This document shows, piece by piece, positions 33,177 through 44,720 of a stretch of 64,000 bases of DNA. Origin of the DNA: Neoechinorhynchus agilis (lineage: Eukaryota > Animalia > Acanthocephala); NCBI GenBank assembly GCA_051530055.1, contig CM121341.1, forward strand, positions 13,432,784 through 13,496,783. The letters run 5' to 3'. Within the stretch, counting starts at the first letter, position 1; every line of letters begins with the position of its first letter. Made by a program: the position numbers and the translations under genes. The notes beneath the pieces are model-generated. The model searched no databases, had not been told where the DNA came from, and saw only the letters and a list, made by a program, of their open reading frames with translations.

Positions 33177-34961
33177 ATGCCAAGAAACAAAACTAAAAAC
33201 TTAGCGAAAAGAGCCATTCTAAAAGAAGATCGGTTCGATTTTCTTAGGCCACAAGATAAGTACGGCAGGAGGCATTTTTTAACCTGTGATGAGGCTTTCC
33301 CCGGCATCGAGGACTTTAACAAAACAATGATGATTTACGTGACGAACGATGCCCTTTATTCCGATCGCTTCTACGCATGGAAAATGGATTCTTATCAAGC
33401 AAACATGGAATCCCATCAGAAGCTGAATTACACTATAAGCAATGATCCGAATAAAACGCCTATTCAGCGATTTAATATCTGTCAGGGTTGTATTTATGTT
33501 GTTAAAATTTCCAATGTATTCTATCGCGCCAAGGTAAAACTTCGCGTGACTTCAAGTGGACCGATTCGCGTGTTTTTAATCGATTTTGGAAAAGAAGTCG
33601 ATGTCATGGATGATTCAGTTTATTCTTATCCATTACTCTGTCAACGAGACGGTAAAAGGGCGATACGATGTAAACTAAATATTCCGGAACCAGCGCCCAA
33701 AGATCAATTTCGAGCACAAGTAATGATCGCTGAAATGGCACAGAGCTTTGTTTTTAAAGCTAAATTTCTTCACATTGAAGTTAAATTTGATGTAGCAGCT
33801 GTTGTTGATATGTGGAGAATTCCCGGAGAAAACGTACGACCGGAAAAGCTCAGCCTATTTAAAAAAGAAGATTTTAGTGAATCAGTTAATGAAATATTTG
33901 ATAAATACATCAAGAATGAGATTAGCTACCCTGATTATGAGGAATCGCAAAGAAAATATTGTTCAAAAGTTTGGAATGGTTTCCCCGTCGAATCGTCGAA
34001 TACATCACAAAATCCTCTAATTCGAGCTAAGACTGAAAACGAAATATCGGAACGAGCTATTAAGGCCATTGTGAATCCTTCAAACTCTTTCAATAACTGC
34101 CAATCAGCTGAGACAACGATTGATGAAAAAGTAAAACGTGAACCGGAACTACACAATTCGTCCAATCACGTCTCTGCAACTGAAAAAAAGATTGATGAAA
34201 AAGTAAAACGTGAACCGAAACAAGAAAATTCGTCCAATAAAATCTCAGGAAAAAACACCCAAGTTTACATTGAGCCAAAATCAGTGCATCTCAAAGAGCA
34301 CAAAGAATTGGATACAAACGAGGTCAACTACTTCAATCGCCCGTATATTTCGTGCCTAACTCACGAAATAAGTTACATTGATGCCAAATTTCCTGATGTG
34401 GACGTATTCTTTCCCAAAATTTTCATTTACGTAGTCAACGTTGAATCACACCGCGAATTTTACTTCTGGCTAATGTGCCATTTCAACGACAACTGGGCGT
34501 TTATTCGCAAAATGGAAGAACATTTTTTGAATGAAGCAAATCGTAAGGTCGCTGTTCGGAAAAACCTTGAGTTAAGCTCCATTTACGTGGTAAAAAACGG
34601 TCGACACTTTAGTCGAGCAGTGCTTGAGGATCTGCCCGATACTTCTGATAAAGTTATGGTCTATTTAGTCGATTTCGGACGTCGCGTTCATGTCCACACA
34701 GATCTTATCTTCTTTTGTCCCAAACAGTTTCGAAGTCGGCAATTTATGGCATACCCATCCACTTTGGACACCAATCGACTTTCTGAATTTAATGGAGACG
34801 AACGATGTCTTCATCGCTTGCTTCATGGACGCGTCTTTGAAGCTCAGACTATGTACTTAAATGTCAATTCACAGATCCTCATGGTTATCAAGCTCTTAAA
34901 AGTCTTGAACGATGGACATACTTTTAAGAACGAAAGCGAAGGACAATCTGATGAACAGTAA
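33177..34961 (+). CDS. Two-Tudor-domain protein (TDRD-like), intronless
   Basis: FYRAKV..IRVFLIDFGK and FSRAVL..VMVYLVDFGR Tudor motifs, each followed by an extended-Tudor-type segment. First ATG at 33177. Confidence 0.85.
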   Translation: MPRNKTKNLAKRAILKEDRFDFLRPQDKYGRRHFLTCDEAFPGIEDFNKTMMIYVTNDALYSDRFYAWKMDSYQANMESHQKLNYTISNDPNKTPIQRFNICQGCIYVVKISNVFYRAKVKLRVTSSGPIRVFLIDFGKEVDVMDDSVYSYPLLCQRDGKRAIRCKLNIPEPAPKDQFRAQVMIAEMAQSFVFKAKFLHIEVKFDVAAVVDMWRIPGENVRPEKLSLFKKEDFSESVNEIFDKYIKNEISYPDYEESQRKYCSKVWNGFPVESSNTSQNPLIRAKTENEISERAIKAIVNPSNSFNNCQSAETTIDEKVKREPELHNSSNHVSATEKKIDEKVKREPKQENSSNKISGKNTQVYIEPKSVHLKEHKELDTNEVNYFNRPYISCLTHEISYIDAKFPDVDVFFPKIFIYVVNVESHREFYFWLMCHFNDNWAFIRKMEEHFLNEANRKVAVRKNLELSSIYVVKNGRHFSRAVLEDLPDTSDKVMVYLVDFGRRVHVHTDLIFFCPKQFRSRQFMAYPSTLDTNRLSEFNGDERCLHRLLHGRVFEAQTMYLNVNSQILMVIKLLKVLNDGHTFKNESEGQSDEQ

Positions 34962-35664
34962 AGAGTGCCGCCAGTCAGACAAGTTTTCACTTCTTTTTTC
35001 CATCAGCAAATACAGACCAGCGGTAATATTTAAAACTGCTATTTAAAACATAATGATCAAATATAATATTTTTTTCGTTTAACTAACAGTTTAATCTATA
35101 TTCAAGAAAGCCAAATTAATTTTTGTAAGAAAACATCTTCTTTTAACCAAGCGATTAGAACCTGATTTGGTTTGCTTTTTCGTTATTGAACAATACAATT
35201 TATACCACCAAAAAGTAATGTCGCACAGCATTTATTGTCACTGTGTAACAATTTGGTAGTCAATTTGTAAACCAATCACATTAATTTAGCAAGTAAGTAT
35301 AGGAAATGTTCTCCTTGAAAGATATTCAACTGAAACAATTGGTGAGAAATTCGAAACTAAATAAGTGTACATAATTTGTTAGTTAAACCGCTCACTGTTC
35401 TTTATAATTTTCTGAAATATAGTTATTTAATTGTGCTGTGACTCCAAAAGGATTATTTTGTAATTAAGAGATTAAAAAGCCTAGACAAAAATATCCAGTA
35501 GGGATTTTATCTTACGATTTTTACGATTATGGACGTTCCACATTACATAAAAAAAGATGCTCTCAAATACACTTGCTCGAAATTGGGTAGTACTTAAATG
35601 TAAATTAAAACTGCTTTAAAGTTTCTATTTTCATCGATACGATTGAAATCTTGAAATAATCAAT

Positions 35665-36303
<639 letters not shown>

Positions 36304-36926
36304 CAAAAAAAGTTTCATCGATAGAATAAAATTTAACCGTTATTCTGTTCCCCAGGGTGATGGATCGATTAAGGTGTTGATTCCGAAGGAAGTACTATTT
36401 CTTAGCGACAAATCACCTCATTTAAAAAAACGAGCCTGGTCAACCGAGTTTCTTGAGCCGAAAAAGTACAAGAATTTTACTAAAGAATCGAAAACTATTG
36501 AAAAAATTTCGAAAGCGTACCGCCGACGAGGACATTTTTGAATTTTAAATAACTTTAAATCAAAATTTGCACTACGGCAGCCCTAAAAGAGTTCAAAAGC
36601 CCCATACAGTTAAATCTGTGCCAGCAACTTTTGTGTCACTCATAAAATTAATTCTCCTCTGCTCCTAAAATTAATTCTCCCTTAAATAGTACGAAAAGTC
36701 GTCCGAAATCGATTGAAAAATACGGAAAGACTACTCGCAATCAAGGGCTTTATAAAGAAAACGTAGTTCAAATTCATCTCGGCTTGATCTGAACCGCAAT
36801 CGACAGCCCACGAATATCGTAGCAGATCAAAAATTGATCATCCTTGAACAAAAGGTGGTTAAGCGTCTTCAGAAGCACAGACTCCCACCTTCCCGACGAT
36901 AGAAACATCCTTCTTTTATTATCGGG

Positions 36927-37583
36927 TTAATAGATTCGATGAGGCCGCCCCATTGTACTTTTGATGTGGATAGCCTTAATGTTTTGCCAACCTTTTTTAG
37001 TTAAAGAAGCCAAATAATTTATACCAATATTGATATTCGTGGCAATATCTTCACGGTTAAGTCCAACATTAGCAATTGCAAGATGCAAGCACATCTCGCG
37101 TTTCATTTGAAACTTTATAGTACTCTTGACCTCTTCGATTTTTTCCATCAAATTTTCAGAATGACTTATTGGAGTGGGGAATTTACCAGCTTTGTTAAAT
37201 CCGGGACCTACAACTCTTGGAATTTGTTTGATGATTGTGTCGGACGCGAGGAAAGCGTGGTACGATCTTACCAGCTTCTTTATCTTCTTTTTGTCTTTAT
37301 TGAGTTTCTTAAGATCGTCCAAAGTCATACAAGGAATTTCGACTGCTTTCGCTTGATCGCAATGAACTTCATCACCAAGAACGCAAACTGTAAATCGCGG
37401 TCGAGGGGCGTACGGAATTCTGATAGAACCAGCGAATCGCTTATCGCGTTTAGGATCAAAATTCTTCAGAACAACAATCAACTCAACGGTTTCCGTAAAT
37501 TTGCGCTGCTTTTCCTGGCTGCCATCGAGCACAGATTGAACGGCATCCAGTAAAGTTTCTTGAGAAAGCTTCGATCGACTCAT
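36927..37583 (-). CDS. RPL10A: 60S ribosomal protein L10a (uL1), intronless; likely start MSRSK
   Basis: RKFTETVEL..LKNFDPKRDKRFAG, CVLGDEVHCDQAK, NKAGKFP, KSTMGRPHRIY. Confidence 0.96.
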   Translation of the reverse strand: MSRSKLSQETLLDAVQSVLDGSQEKQRKFTETVELIVVLKNFDPKRDKRFAGSIRIPYAPRPRFTVCVLGDEVHCDQAKAVEIPCMTLDDLKKLNKDKKKIKKLVRSYHAFLASDTIIKQIPRVVGPGFNKAGKFPTPISHSENLMEKIEEVKSTIKFQMKREMCLHLAIANVGLNREDIATNINIGINYLASLTKKGWQNIKAIHIKSTMGRPHRIY

Positions 37584-38049
37584 CGTCTTAGTGGAGAACA
37601 AAGAAAACGTTCGCTGGGTTTCGCTCCCAAAGAAACGAAAGAACAGCAAGAATGGCGACTTTGTAGATCTCAGATTGGTGAAATTTTGAGACGCTATCGC
37701 TCATTCAAAAGATTTGGTCGGTTTCTTTCATACGATTTCTACGATTTTGAGTTCTTTGTTCAATACATACAAGTTGCTCTCGAGTACATTTGCTTGAAAA
37801 TGGGTCTTACGGGCCACTGGACTTCCATTTCCCGATCCGTCAATGAATATGAAGTTCAGATTTGATTATGTTCGCCGTTCTGGAACGTCTCGGTATTTGA
37901 ACATACTCGAGAACTCCTAGGCTCATGCCCATGGAAAAAGATTTGTTTTCGTGATTTTCTTAAGGGAACGAATTCTATGGACGTGCCCGACGAGAGTAGT
38001 ACAATCCCGCCGGGAAATAACACCACCAACGGCGGTTAGCATTTAAAAA

Positions 38050-38750
38050 AATGATACTGGAACCGAAAGGTGCTTATATTTACAAGCAATAGAGGTGTAC
38101 ATAATTTCCGGCATCAGCATTGTTTGCTGAATTCGACAACCTTATACATGACCGGACCCCGATGCCTCCACCGACGACACCGATGTGGTCCCCTCGCTTC
38201 GCTCGGAACGTGGATGCTAGACCACAATATGAAGACGGAAACTTGCCCGCCCAAACCGAGCCAAGTGAAAAGAGCAACGTCAATGTGATTATTTCAACTT
38301 CGTCAGCCAAGAGTACCACACGACCGAGCTTCCCTCCATGAGGTTTTTGATGGGATTTTCTCCCTGACGAAAACAGGATTTCTCAGGGTACACGGACCCC
38401 GTAATTCACGCTGCGGCGGTTCCGGTTCATCCGCTAAGTCCATTGATGGTGTGCGCCAAAATCCAATCACGACATCACCAGTACAAAATGAAATTCCATT
38501 TCTAGGAATATCGTGTGAGTTCTGCCCAGGACCGTTCTGAAAAGAATCCCAAGGGGCGCGCGATATTAGGCCGCAAAGAGATTCACCTCTTTGTTGACAG
38601 ACTGCATCGAGACTAACTCAGAGTTGTCGTGGATGCGTCCCTTTGCGTTACCTAGACTAGTGTTTCCGCTGGTGATGACGTTGCATCCGTCCTTTCGATC
38701 GTTACACCAGGACGGCAGCTGAGTGATCCAGAGTGGTGATGTGAATGATT
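38050..38750 (+). mobile_element. Internally deleted CRE subfamily A derivative (N-terminal region fused to the extreme 3' end)
   Basis: VLKRIPRGARY*AAKRFTSLLTDC (~38535) is joined at ~38682 to TGCATCCGTCCTTTCGA-CGTTACACC, which matches the 3' end at ~14273-14300. The 5' boundary is approximate. Confidence 0.65.
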
Positions 38751-38924
38751 AGAAAGAACATTGTAAAAGAAATCTTTACAGTCAATAAAAGAAATTTATT
38801 GAGAATGATAACTATGGATATATGAGCACCTTTTCCTAAAGTGCGAAATTCTAGACTGCTTTGGCGTTAAAATTTTGAAAACAAACGATTTAAAAGAACA
38901 TTTTTTTATCATAACATAATAAAG

Positions 38925-39810
38925 TACAAAACGTGTAATTACCAATGTCCGCAAAATTGGAGCTTCTCTCCTTTCTCGGCTGTCGCTATGACGCTAGCAG
39001 CATTGCCTCGTTGTACTGCAAGCGATATATTTTGTCGCAGGAATACACCTGCTTGTGCGTCGCCGGTCGTTTCTCTCAATTTCTTCGAGAGGTCCTGGAG
39101 CAGAGTGAGTGCCAAGCTGCCAAGCGCTCCATACGTCTCTACTTCGAAGGTAACAAAATAGTGGGCCCTTGCTAATTCTCTATATTTTCGTACCTTCCTC
39201 CCTTCCGCTGGACTGGCTGCACCTCCAGCGAGTTCAAGAGAGTAGGGAATGTTGCTTACTGCGAGGGTGTCCACACACATGGCGTCCTAGTGGAGGCATT
39301 TGCCCCCGCCACGGAAAGACCGAAATTCCGTCATGTCGACGACCGTCTAGTAAGATGTTGGGGAAGGTCGCTGTTCTCAACGCCCGAGAAATTACGCTGT
39401 TGATCTCAGAACGGTGTGAGAACCTTTCTCCTGACTTTCGGCAAACGAGACCGTGTCGCCCCAAAGCATCAACCAAAGACCCACATCGACAGCGATGGGG
39501 CGTGCATATCAGGAGACCAAGCCTTAAGGACACTGCGATCTTCGTTACCTCATCAGTGAGAAGAATACCACAGATGCCAGAGGAACAGCCTCCAACCACG
39601 TAACCGATTTTCGTGTCGAAACTGCCAAAAATCTGGCTCGGACGACCCCATCTCGAGAACCTGAAAGTAGAGAGCTGTGAGTTCTCGCGACGAGAGGTCT
39701 GTCCCAGATCGACGATCTGTGGCCATTCACGGGAACATGGTTAGCGTCTGTCTTCTGGCACCATTATTCAACTGCCACCACAATGTCTTGGGCAGGACAA
39801 AACTTTCCCC
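38925..39810 (-). mobile_element. CRE subfamily B 3' fragment
   Basis: PHRCRCGSLVDALGRHGLVC, CVDTLAVSNI, FEVETYGALG; 3' end ACACGTTTTGTACTTTATTATG resembles that at 36020. Confidence 0.9.
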
Positions 39811-40268
39811 TCAGATGTGCTTTGAATAATGGATATTTTTGAATTAGATATTAGAAAAAGTCTTTTGGGAAGATAATGTAAATTGGAATGCTCTTAAAAG
39901 CAACAAAGTAAATAGCAAAGGAAAATATATTTTTCTTAAATTGCACTCCGGCCGAGATAAATAAAATGGCATTTTTCCAAAAGGTCTAAACAAAATCGCA
40001 TGCCAAAATTAATAATGCTGGAGCTTTGCATGTGCAATTGGACACATACACTTCAAATTGGTTATTTTGATGAATATTTCGGCATTTGATTCAAAATAAT
40101 GTTAGCCCTCAGTTTTAGATAAGCAACACATATATTTCTGGTATATAAATTATTGATGAATATTAATATCATAATCATATTCGGAAAACAACAATATTTT
40201 CCATCGCTAGAAATCGGTAGAACCCCCCCGGTTCTAATAACGGCTAGGAATTTCCTGAAAGCATCGCA

Positions 40269-41138
40269 ATGTTCACCGACAATCAAGAAATCGAACCGGG
40301 ATCCTTCTACCAGAAATACGTTAAAATGATCACCACCAAATGGAAGACCCGGAAGCAAGCCGACTTCATAACGGCTAACTATCTCATTGTAAGAGCAGAC
40401 CATGAGTGTTTGGTTACCTTTTTTAAAGAAGCTGCTTATCTGCAATTCTCTGATTATCCTCAACTGATGTTCAAGGATAAATCTGTCGCCATCGATTACC
40501 TAAAGAAAAGAAAGGATGTAATAGAAATGATCACTAAAAAGGATTGTGAAGGAGCTCGAAATATTATTAATGAAAAGTGGAATTCGCTTCTTGAACGACA
40601 CGAGCAACTCGAATTTATTTTGCGTTGCCAGGAATTGCTAGACAAAATGTCCGACAATCACGATCCTATTGGAGCCCTGCGATTCGCACGAGAGCATTTG
40701 AGCAGGTTTATGTTCAAAACTAGAGCAAGAGACCGCTCAATATTTAAAATAATGTCCATGGTCTCATTGAAAGATCCCAAAAATTCCACTTTTTCTTATT
40801 TGCTCCTGGACGAAAAACGAGTACGAACTTCGAAGAAGGTGAATTTATTGTTGATGCGGGAAACTGAGCGATTAGCAGCAATGGATGCTTTTGATGAAGA
40901 GGACATTAAACTCGATCCAATTCCCGATTCGAACTTGTACAGCGCCTACATGGCGTCTTTTACTATGATATCGATTATTGGACTTTTGGAGAACATGGAA
41001 TATGACGTGGATCCAGCAACGGAGATCAAGCTCTTGGATGTATTTCCTTTGCAATTTCATGGCACTCCATCTGCTCACACAAGACAACAAGTGCAGGAAA
41101 GTAGAGAATCCAACATCGGTAGACATGATCTACAATGA
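40269..41138 (+). CDS. LisH/CTLH/CRA protein, GID8(TWA1)-like, divergent
   Basis: ITANYLIVRADHECLVTFFKEA (LisH); RKDVIEMITKKDCEGARNIINE..LEFILRCQELLD..GALRFAREHL (CTLH/CRA). Confidence 0.8.
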   Translation: MFTDNQEIEPGSFYQKYVKMITTKWKTRKQADFITANYLIVRADHECLVTFFKEAAYLQFSDYPQLMFKDKSVAIDYLKKRKDVIEMITKKDCEGARNIINEKWNSLLERHEQLEFILRCQELLDKMSDNHDPIGALRFAREHLSRFMFKTRARDRSIFKIMSMVSLKDPKNSTFSYLLLDEKRVRTSKKVNLLLMRETERLAAMDAFDEEDIKLDPIPDSNLYSAYMASFTMISIIGLLENMEYDVDPATEIKLLDVFPLQFHGTPSAHTRQQVQESRESNIGRHDLQ

Positions 41139-41208
41139 CATTGATATTTTTAAATTAAATATTTCTATTTTTATGTCGATATGTGGGGTACCGAGGTACA
41201 TGATTAGG

Positions 41209-41357
41209 ATTATTGTTTAGGTTATCACCCGGTAAATAATTTTTTACTAAAGACGTTTCGAACCTCGTCGGGTTCATCATCAGTTTGTTAGTATTCGACG
41301 ATATTCGAAACGTCTTTAGTAAAAGATTATTTACCGGGATATAAACTAAATAATAAT
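41209..41357. mobile_element. ~150-bp foldback/MITE-like palindrome just downstream of the GID8-like stop codon
   Basis: CCCGGTAAATAATTTTTTACTAAAGACGTTTCGAA pairs with TTCGAAACGTCTTTAGTAAAAGATTATTTACCGGG. Confidence 0.82.
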
Positions 41358-41734
41358 TCTAATTTCTATTTTTAATTATCTTTTAAACATCGCTGACATA
41401 AAGGAGCGACAAATTCTGTAAAATTACAGATAAAAAATATCGAAAAAGCACCGAATATTGGAAAGTTGAAGCATAAGAAATCGAGGCAAGAACTTGGATC
41501 CTTTTCGTCTCCAGGCTTTCATTATTTTGAATAATTAAATGGAACTTCGTCAACAAACAACTAAATCCAACCACCTCGGAACAAGGTATCGGATAGAGTA
41601 ACAATAGATTTCGTCCTCCATGCTGCCCTTTTACTTGCTTCAAATTTCTTAGATAAATAAGTTCTTGAGAATGCTTAAAATTTATTTTAGTATAAATGCG
41701 TTTTCTGAACAAACTAAGAGACCGATTATCCACA

Positions 41735-42290
41735 TTTAATGTATAATAATAACACGTTTATTGAATACAAAGAAAGGTGGGTCCCCATCCGTTAATATGG
41801 GTATATGCAGTCGAGGGATGTCCGTTAGGGAGGTAATATCTGGTCGGAGGGATGTCTATTCGGGTAGGAACTATCCAGTCGGGGATGGTTCGGGTGAGGG
41901 TGTGTCCGTTCGATTGAGAATATCTGGTTGGGTTGGAAGGTCCGTTCTTGTGGTAATTGGTGTTTATTGCTTGCAGGAGCGCTTGTAAGGTTGATCTTTC
42001 CTCAGGATCATTTTAGGTTATGATATCCGAGAAGATTGGGCAGCATGGAGAAAGGAGCGATGACACAATCAGGTGCGAGGTATAGGAGGGTGAAACGAAT
42101 TAGGATTACGAGTGCTGTGTTCGTATGAAAAGGGAGCGATATGTCGAAGAAATTGTGGTGGTAGGGTTGAGAGGCGCTTTGATTGTTTAATGAAAACACT
42201 ATCAATCCCTTTGTGCAAATTTTAGATGCTCTTTTGTGAAGAATTTCAAGACGGCGGATTAGCGATTTGGAAAGGTTGCAAAATACGGTG
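41735..42290 (-). mobile_element. CR1/L2-like LINE 3' terminal fragment
   Basis: FCNLSKSLIRRLEILHKRASKIC post-RT motif; degenerate repeated 3' region ending AATAAACGTGTTATTATTA. Confidence 0.55.
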
Positions 42291-44720
42291 TGTGGTGAAG
42301 CCGGAACAACGCGTTTTAATCAACTTGTAACTTTGCTACAAAAATGTACACAAAAAACCACACACACGCGAGCACCACATTAACAATCGATACACGCCAT
42401 CACGCATTTTACGTCATTTTCCCCATCTTTGTTTTTTTTTCTTTTTTTTCCGATTGTTTTATTGCGGATACTTCAGCGGCACCTTTTTAATTCTTCTTGA
42501 TCAGCGCAAAAGTGGAGGTTCTTTCAGCTCTTCCGTAATAGAGCCTCCACTTGGTCGGTCATGGTCTGAGTGAGTTGAGAGTATTTCGTCTGCTTGCGAA
42601 TCATCTTCTTCTTCCCTCGGTTTGTCGTTCTCAGCCGTTCGATTCTACGCTATGCATCTTTCGGATTTAGTTAAGTTCGGAATTGCGCTCGGTAATCGAC
42701 TTAAATCCCTCGTGGATACTGCCGATTCAATACCATTCGGGTAACGAATATGCGCATAGGACGGATTGGCTTCCAAAAGTTCCACTTCCTGAACCAAAGG
42801 GTCAAACTTGCTCCTTACGAATTTCCTCAGGAATACGGGGCCAGGCTTTACAAGCCAATGTGGCAATGCTGTCCCCAATCCCGAACGTCGCGGGAAGGTG
42901 AAGAAGCGTTTGTGCGGAGTCGCATTTGAAGTTCGAACAAGCAGCGATCGAATCGAATGCATTGCGACAGGCAAAACTTCCTCCCATCTGATCAGGTTCA
43001 TATTTCTAGTTTTGAGTGCTAGGCAGACAGCTTTCCATATCGTTCCATTAAACTTTTCGATTTGACCATTGCCCATCGGGTGGTATGGAGTCGTCTTACT
43101 AACTGACACACCACTCTTCCTAAGGAAATCCTGCGACACCACATAGCGAAAATATCTCAGTTAAACACCGAATGACGGTGGTACTCTTCATATCGGCACG
43201 AGGTATAGCAAAGGGAAACCTGCTGTATCCGTCGACCGCAGTGAACAAATATTTGTTATTAGTTGAGGAGGGCAGAGGTCCTTTAAAGTCAACGGACAAG
43301 CGGTCCATTGGTTTTATGGCTTGAATGAGCTGATTACGGTCTTTGTCGGACGAGTAAAATTGAGGCTTCAATTCAGCACAAATACGACATTGCGCGCAGA
43401 CTGTTTTAACTTCATTCATTGAAAAAGGGAGATTCTTCGACCGAACATAATGCATGAGCCTAGCCACGCCTGGATGGCATAATTGGTCGGGGATTCGAGA
43501 GAGCATATTTACATCAGTTGTCGTTGCACATACTCGTGAAAACGCATCTGCAGCCCAATTTTGAGGTCCCGGTCGATATCGAATGGTATAACTTAGATCC
43601 GCTAGCTCTATCCCCCATGATAGAATTTTATTGTTTTTTATTTTCGTTCTCTTCCTGTTATCCATCATAAAAGCTACACTACGTTGGTCCGTAACAAGTA
43701 CGAATTTACTCGAAGAAAGTAAATATCTCCACTTCCTTACCGCCTCTATTATAGCCATTGCTTCCTTTTCAACATCGGCGTAATGGGATTCAGTAAGGTT
43801 CAAAATCCTGGACATGAATGCGGCCGGTCGACTGTTTTGACTCAATACTACTGAAATCGCTATGTCGGACGTGTCACACTCTACCGTGAATGGTTGATTG
43901 TCGCCGATCGGTCCCAACGATGCTTTCGCCAATATGCTCTTGAGTTCCTCGAAGGCAGTTACTTCTTCTGCCTTCATTGGGAATTTGCAGCATCCGATGA
44001 GTGGCGCAATTTTGTCCGAGAATCTTTCGATCCATTTCGCAAAATACGCGAACATCCCAACAACACGCCTTAAACTAGAAACAGTGCAAGGAGCAGGGAG
44101 TTACAGTAAGGGTCGCAATCTTTCGGAATCCGGTGAAATAATATTATTAGCGATGCTGTAGCCCAATAGCTCTATCTTCCTTACTGATCGTACTGATTTG
44201 TTCTCGTTTAGTTTCAGATTGCGTCGTTTTGCAGCCGCCAAGAATTTTTGTACATTCGCATCATGTTCTTCTTGGGTGTTCCCAGTAATCGTGACATTGT
44301 CCACATAAGGAAAAACGCAATTTAACTTCTCCTGTGCAATCATGTCATCCATAGCCCGTTGAAATGCAGAAACTCCATTGGTAACCTCAAAGGGAATTCT
44401 TGTAAACTGGTACAGCTTCCCATTGGCTTCGAATGGCAGAGAGTTTATCTTCTTGAATGTTTTTCTTTGATTGGCCCATTGCTCGCCAGTGCCCCTTTTC
44501 CCGCAATTAGTGCAATTCGATTCTTTTGCTGGGCATTTGTATCGTGGGTGGCGTGGCTTCCGGTTCTTCTTTTCTCTCGATAGCAGCTACTGTAAAAAAC
44601 GTCGGACGCAAATAAAGATCTGCATTTCTCTGAGCGCTTTCTAAAGATTTCAATTTTAAAACTGCCTCGCCCAGAGATAGATCGTCCTTTTCTAACAGTC
44701 GTTGTCGTTCCCTCGCTGTA
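42291..44720 (-). mobile_element. Gypsy element 2: 5'-truncated, protease/RT-N deleted, ~126-bp 3' LTR (42291-42416)
   Basis: Gag knuckle CPAKESNCTNCGK fused to FTRIPFEVTNG..YVDN; RNase H VECDTSD..VEKEAMAIIEAV; integrase HPGVARL, LSVDFKGPLP. PPT AAAGATGGGGAAAA precedes TGACGT. Confidence 0.9.

Noticed and set aside
38005-38036. CCGCCG...CGGCGG hairpin near the CRE 5' region as an HDV-like ribozyme
   Set aside because: Only one stem is visible; the nested double pseudoknot cannot be built.
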